Notes under the pieces: model-generated | What the model saw: the letters and a program-made list of their open reading frames with translations, nothing else | What the model was told of the DNA's origin: nothing | The model's database searches: none | Assembly: GCA_964016885.1 (NCBI GenBank) | Contig: OZ024742.1 | Span: forward strand, 209,498,001 to 209,562,000 | Direction: 5' to 3' | Origin: Eledone cirrhosa | Lineage: Eukaryota | DNA length: 64,000 nucleotides | Shown here: positions 62,945 through 64,000 of the stretch, piece by piece | Layout: each line of letters opens with the position of its first letter | Position numbering within the stretch: the first letter of the stretch is position 1 | Made by a program: the position numbers and the translations under genes

Positions 62945-64000
62945 ATGTATATATATATACACAGTTCAAGAGTAACCAATCTTAAAGAGAGAGATGGAGA
63001 TATGAGAGGAGAGATTGGTGAGTTAGTTAGAAGCCAAAGCGTAAAGGCATGTGCTCAATGTGCAATATGCAGTAGAAAGCAGCTAGGTGGCTGGGTTCAT
63101 GCAGAAGTTAGGTGCGCAGAGCTGGAAATATTCATTAGTTAAGCAAAACAAAACCACAAACTTCACAAGGAAGACATTATTAAAAGATTGTCAACATATT
63201 TTAGTTTGATGTAAGGAATGTAGAGAATAATAATATTAATATTAATAATAATAATGTCCGTTTACAATTGTTTCGCTACTCCATATAATATTTCTGGATC
63301 AGATGATTATATATCATAATTGATCTGGTTCAGTTGAAAATAATTAACATATATAAAAAACAGAGTGGCTCATCGGAACTCAAAGAAATATAAATTAAAA
63401 TAATGTTACATAATATAATGTTCCATATATTGGTTTTTACTATGGTGTCTTGGTTGCATCAGCTGTCAGCCATAATCAAGCAGTATTCATCTGTCGAGGC
63501 TGCATTGTGTGAGATCTGCCTATGGGTAACAAGATGGCTGCCAAAGGGCATATTTACCTTATTAATTAGAGGGTGGTTTCAGGGGAAGTAACTTCTCGAG
63601 AGATTAAAGATTGTGAGTATTTATAGTTAAGTGCTAGTTTTTAAATTTTTTAATTGAGAGACAATGTAGGGGAGGTAACTTATAATTATCGAGTTGTTCA
63701 TAGCAATTTAACTTATTAGCTACAAGTAGAAATGGGGCTACATGACTAAGTTGGGTCAAAAATTCTATTGGCGAATGAATTAGCCCTTCGATGTTGACAG
63801 CTAATGATTACCTCCGTTCTTTCGTTAATCGGTAGAAATCGTGATAGAGTTATGTAATATGCTTCCGTAACACAGAGATCACAAGATTTTCTTCGTCCAT
63901 TGAACGGTTGGGCCCTAGCCACGATATCCCATTTTAGTGAGTGTTGTACGTCCCTAATGCATGCCCATTAAATGGACACTGCCTGACACCCAACATAGTC

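Overview
Eukaryotic, AT-rich, microsatellite-rich, repeat-dominated DNA. The SINE families and the microsatellite density suggest an octopod cephalopod, which is my inference. No host protein-coding gene is recognisable. Positions 1-28370 are a nested retrotransposon array built on (AAT)n tracts. APE-RT Tx1/L1-clade elements always lie on the minus strand: three long copies, one fully intact, plus two 5'-truncated copies. They alternate with REL-endonuclease R4/Dong-clade elements, always on the plus strand (two families), and nearly every junction is an (AAT)n tract. A ~2.7 kb internal tandem duplication gives an empty and a filled version of the same site. Comparing them shows that the intact 6031-bp Tx1 inserted with a net (AAT)5 15-bp target duplication and no poly(A). 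Two Tx1 subfamilies share ORF2 but carry different ORF1/5'UTR modules. The remainder contains degenerate RTE, Penelope, Helitron, mariner and CR1 elements, a (CATA)n-associated R4/Dong family, MITEs and tRNA-derived SINEs. It also holds candidate hammerhead and HDV-like ribozyme motifs.
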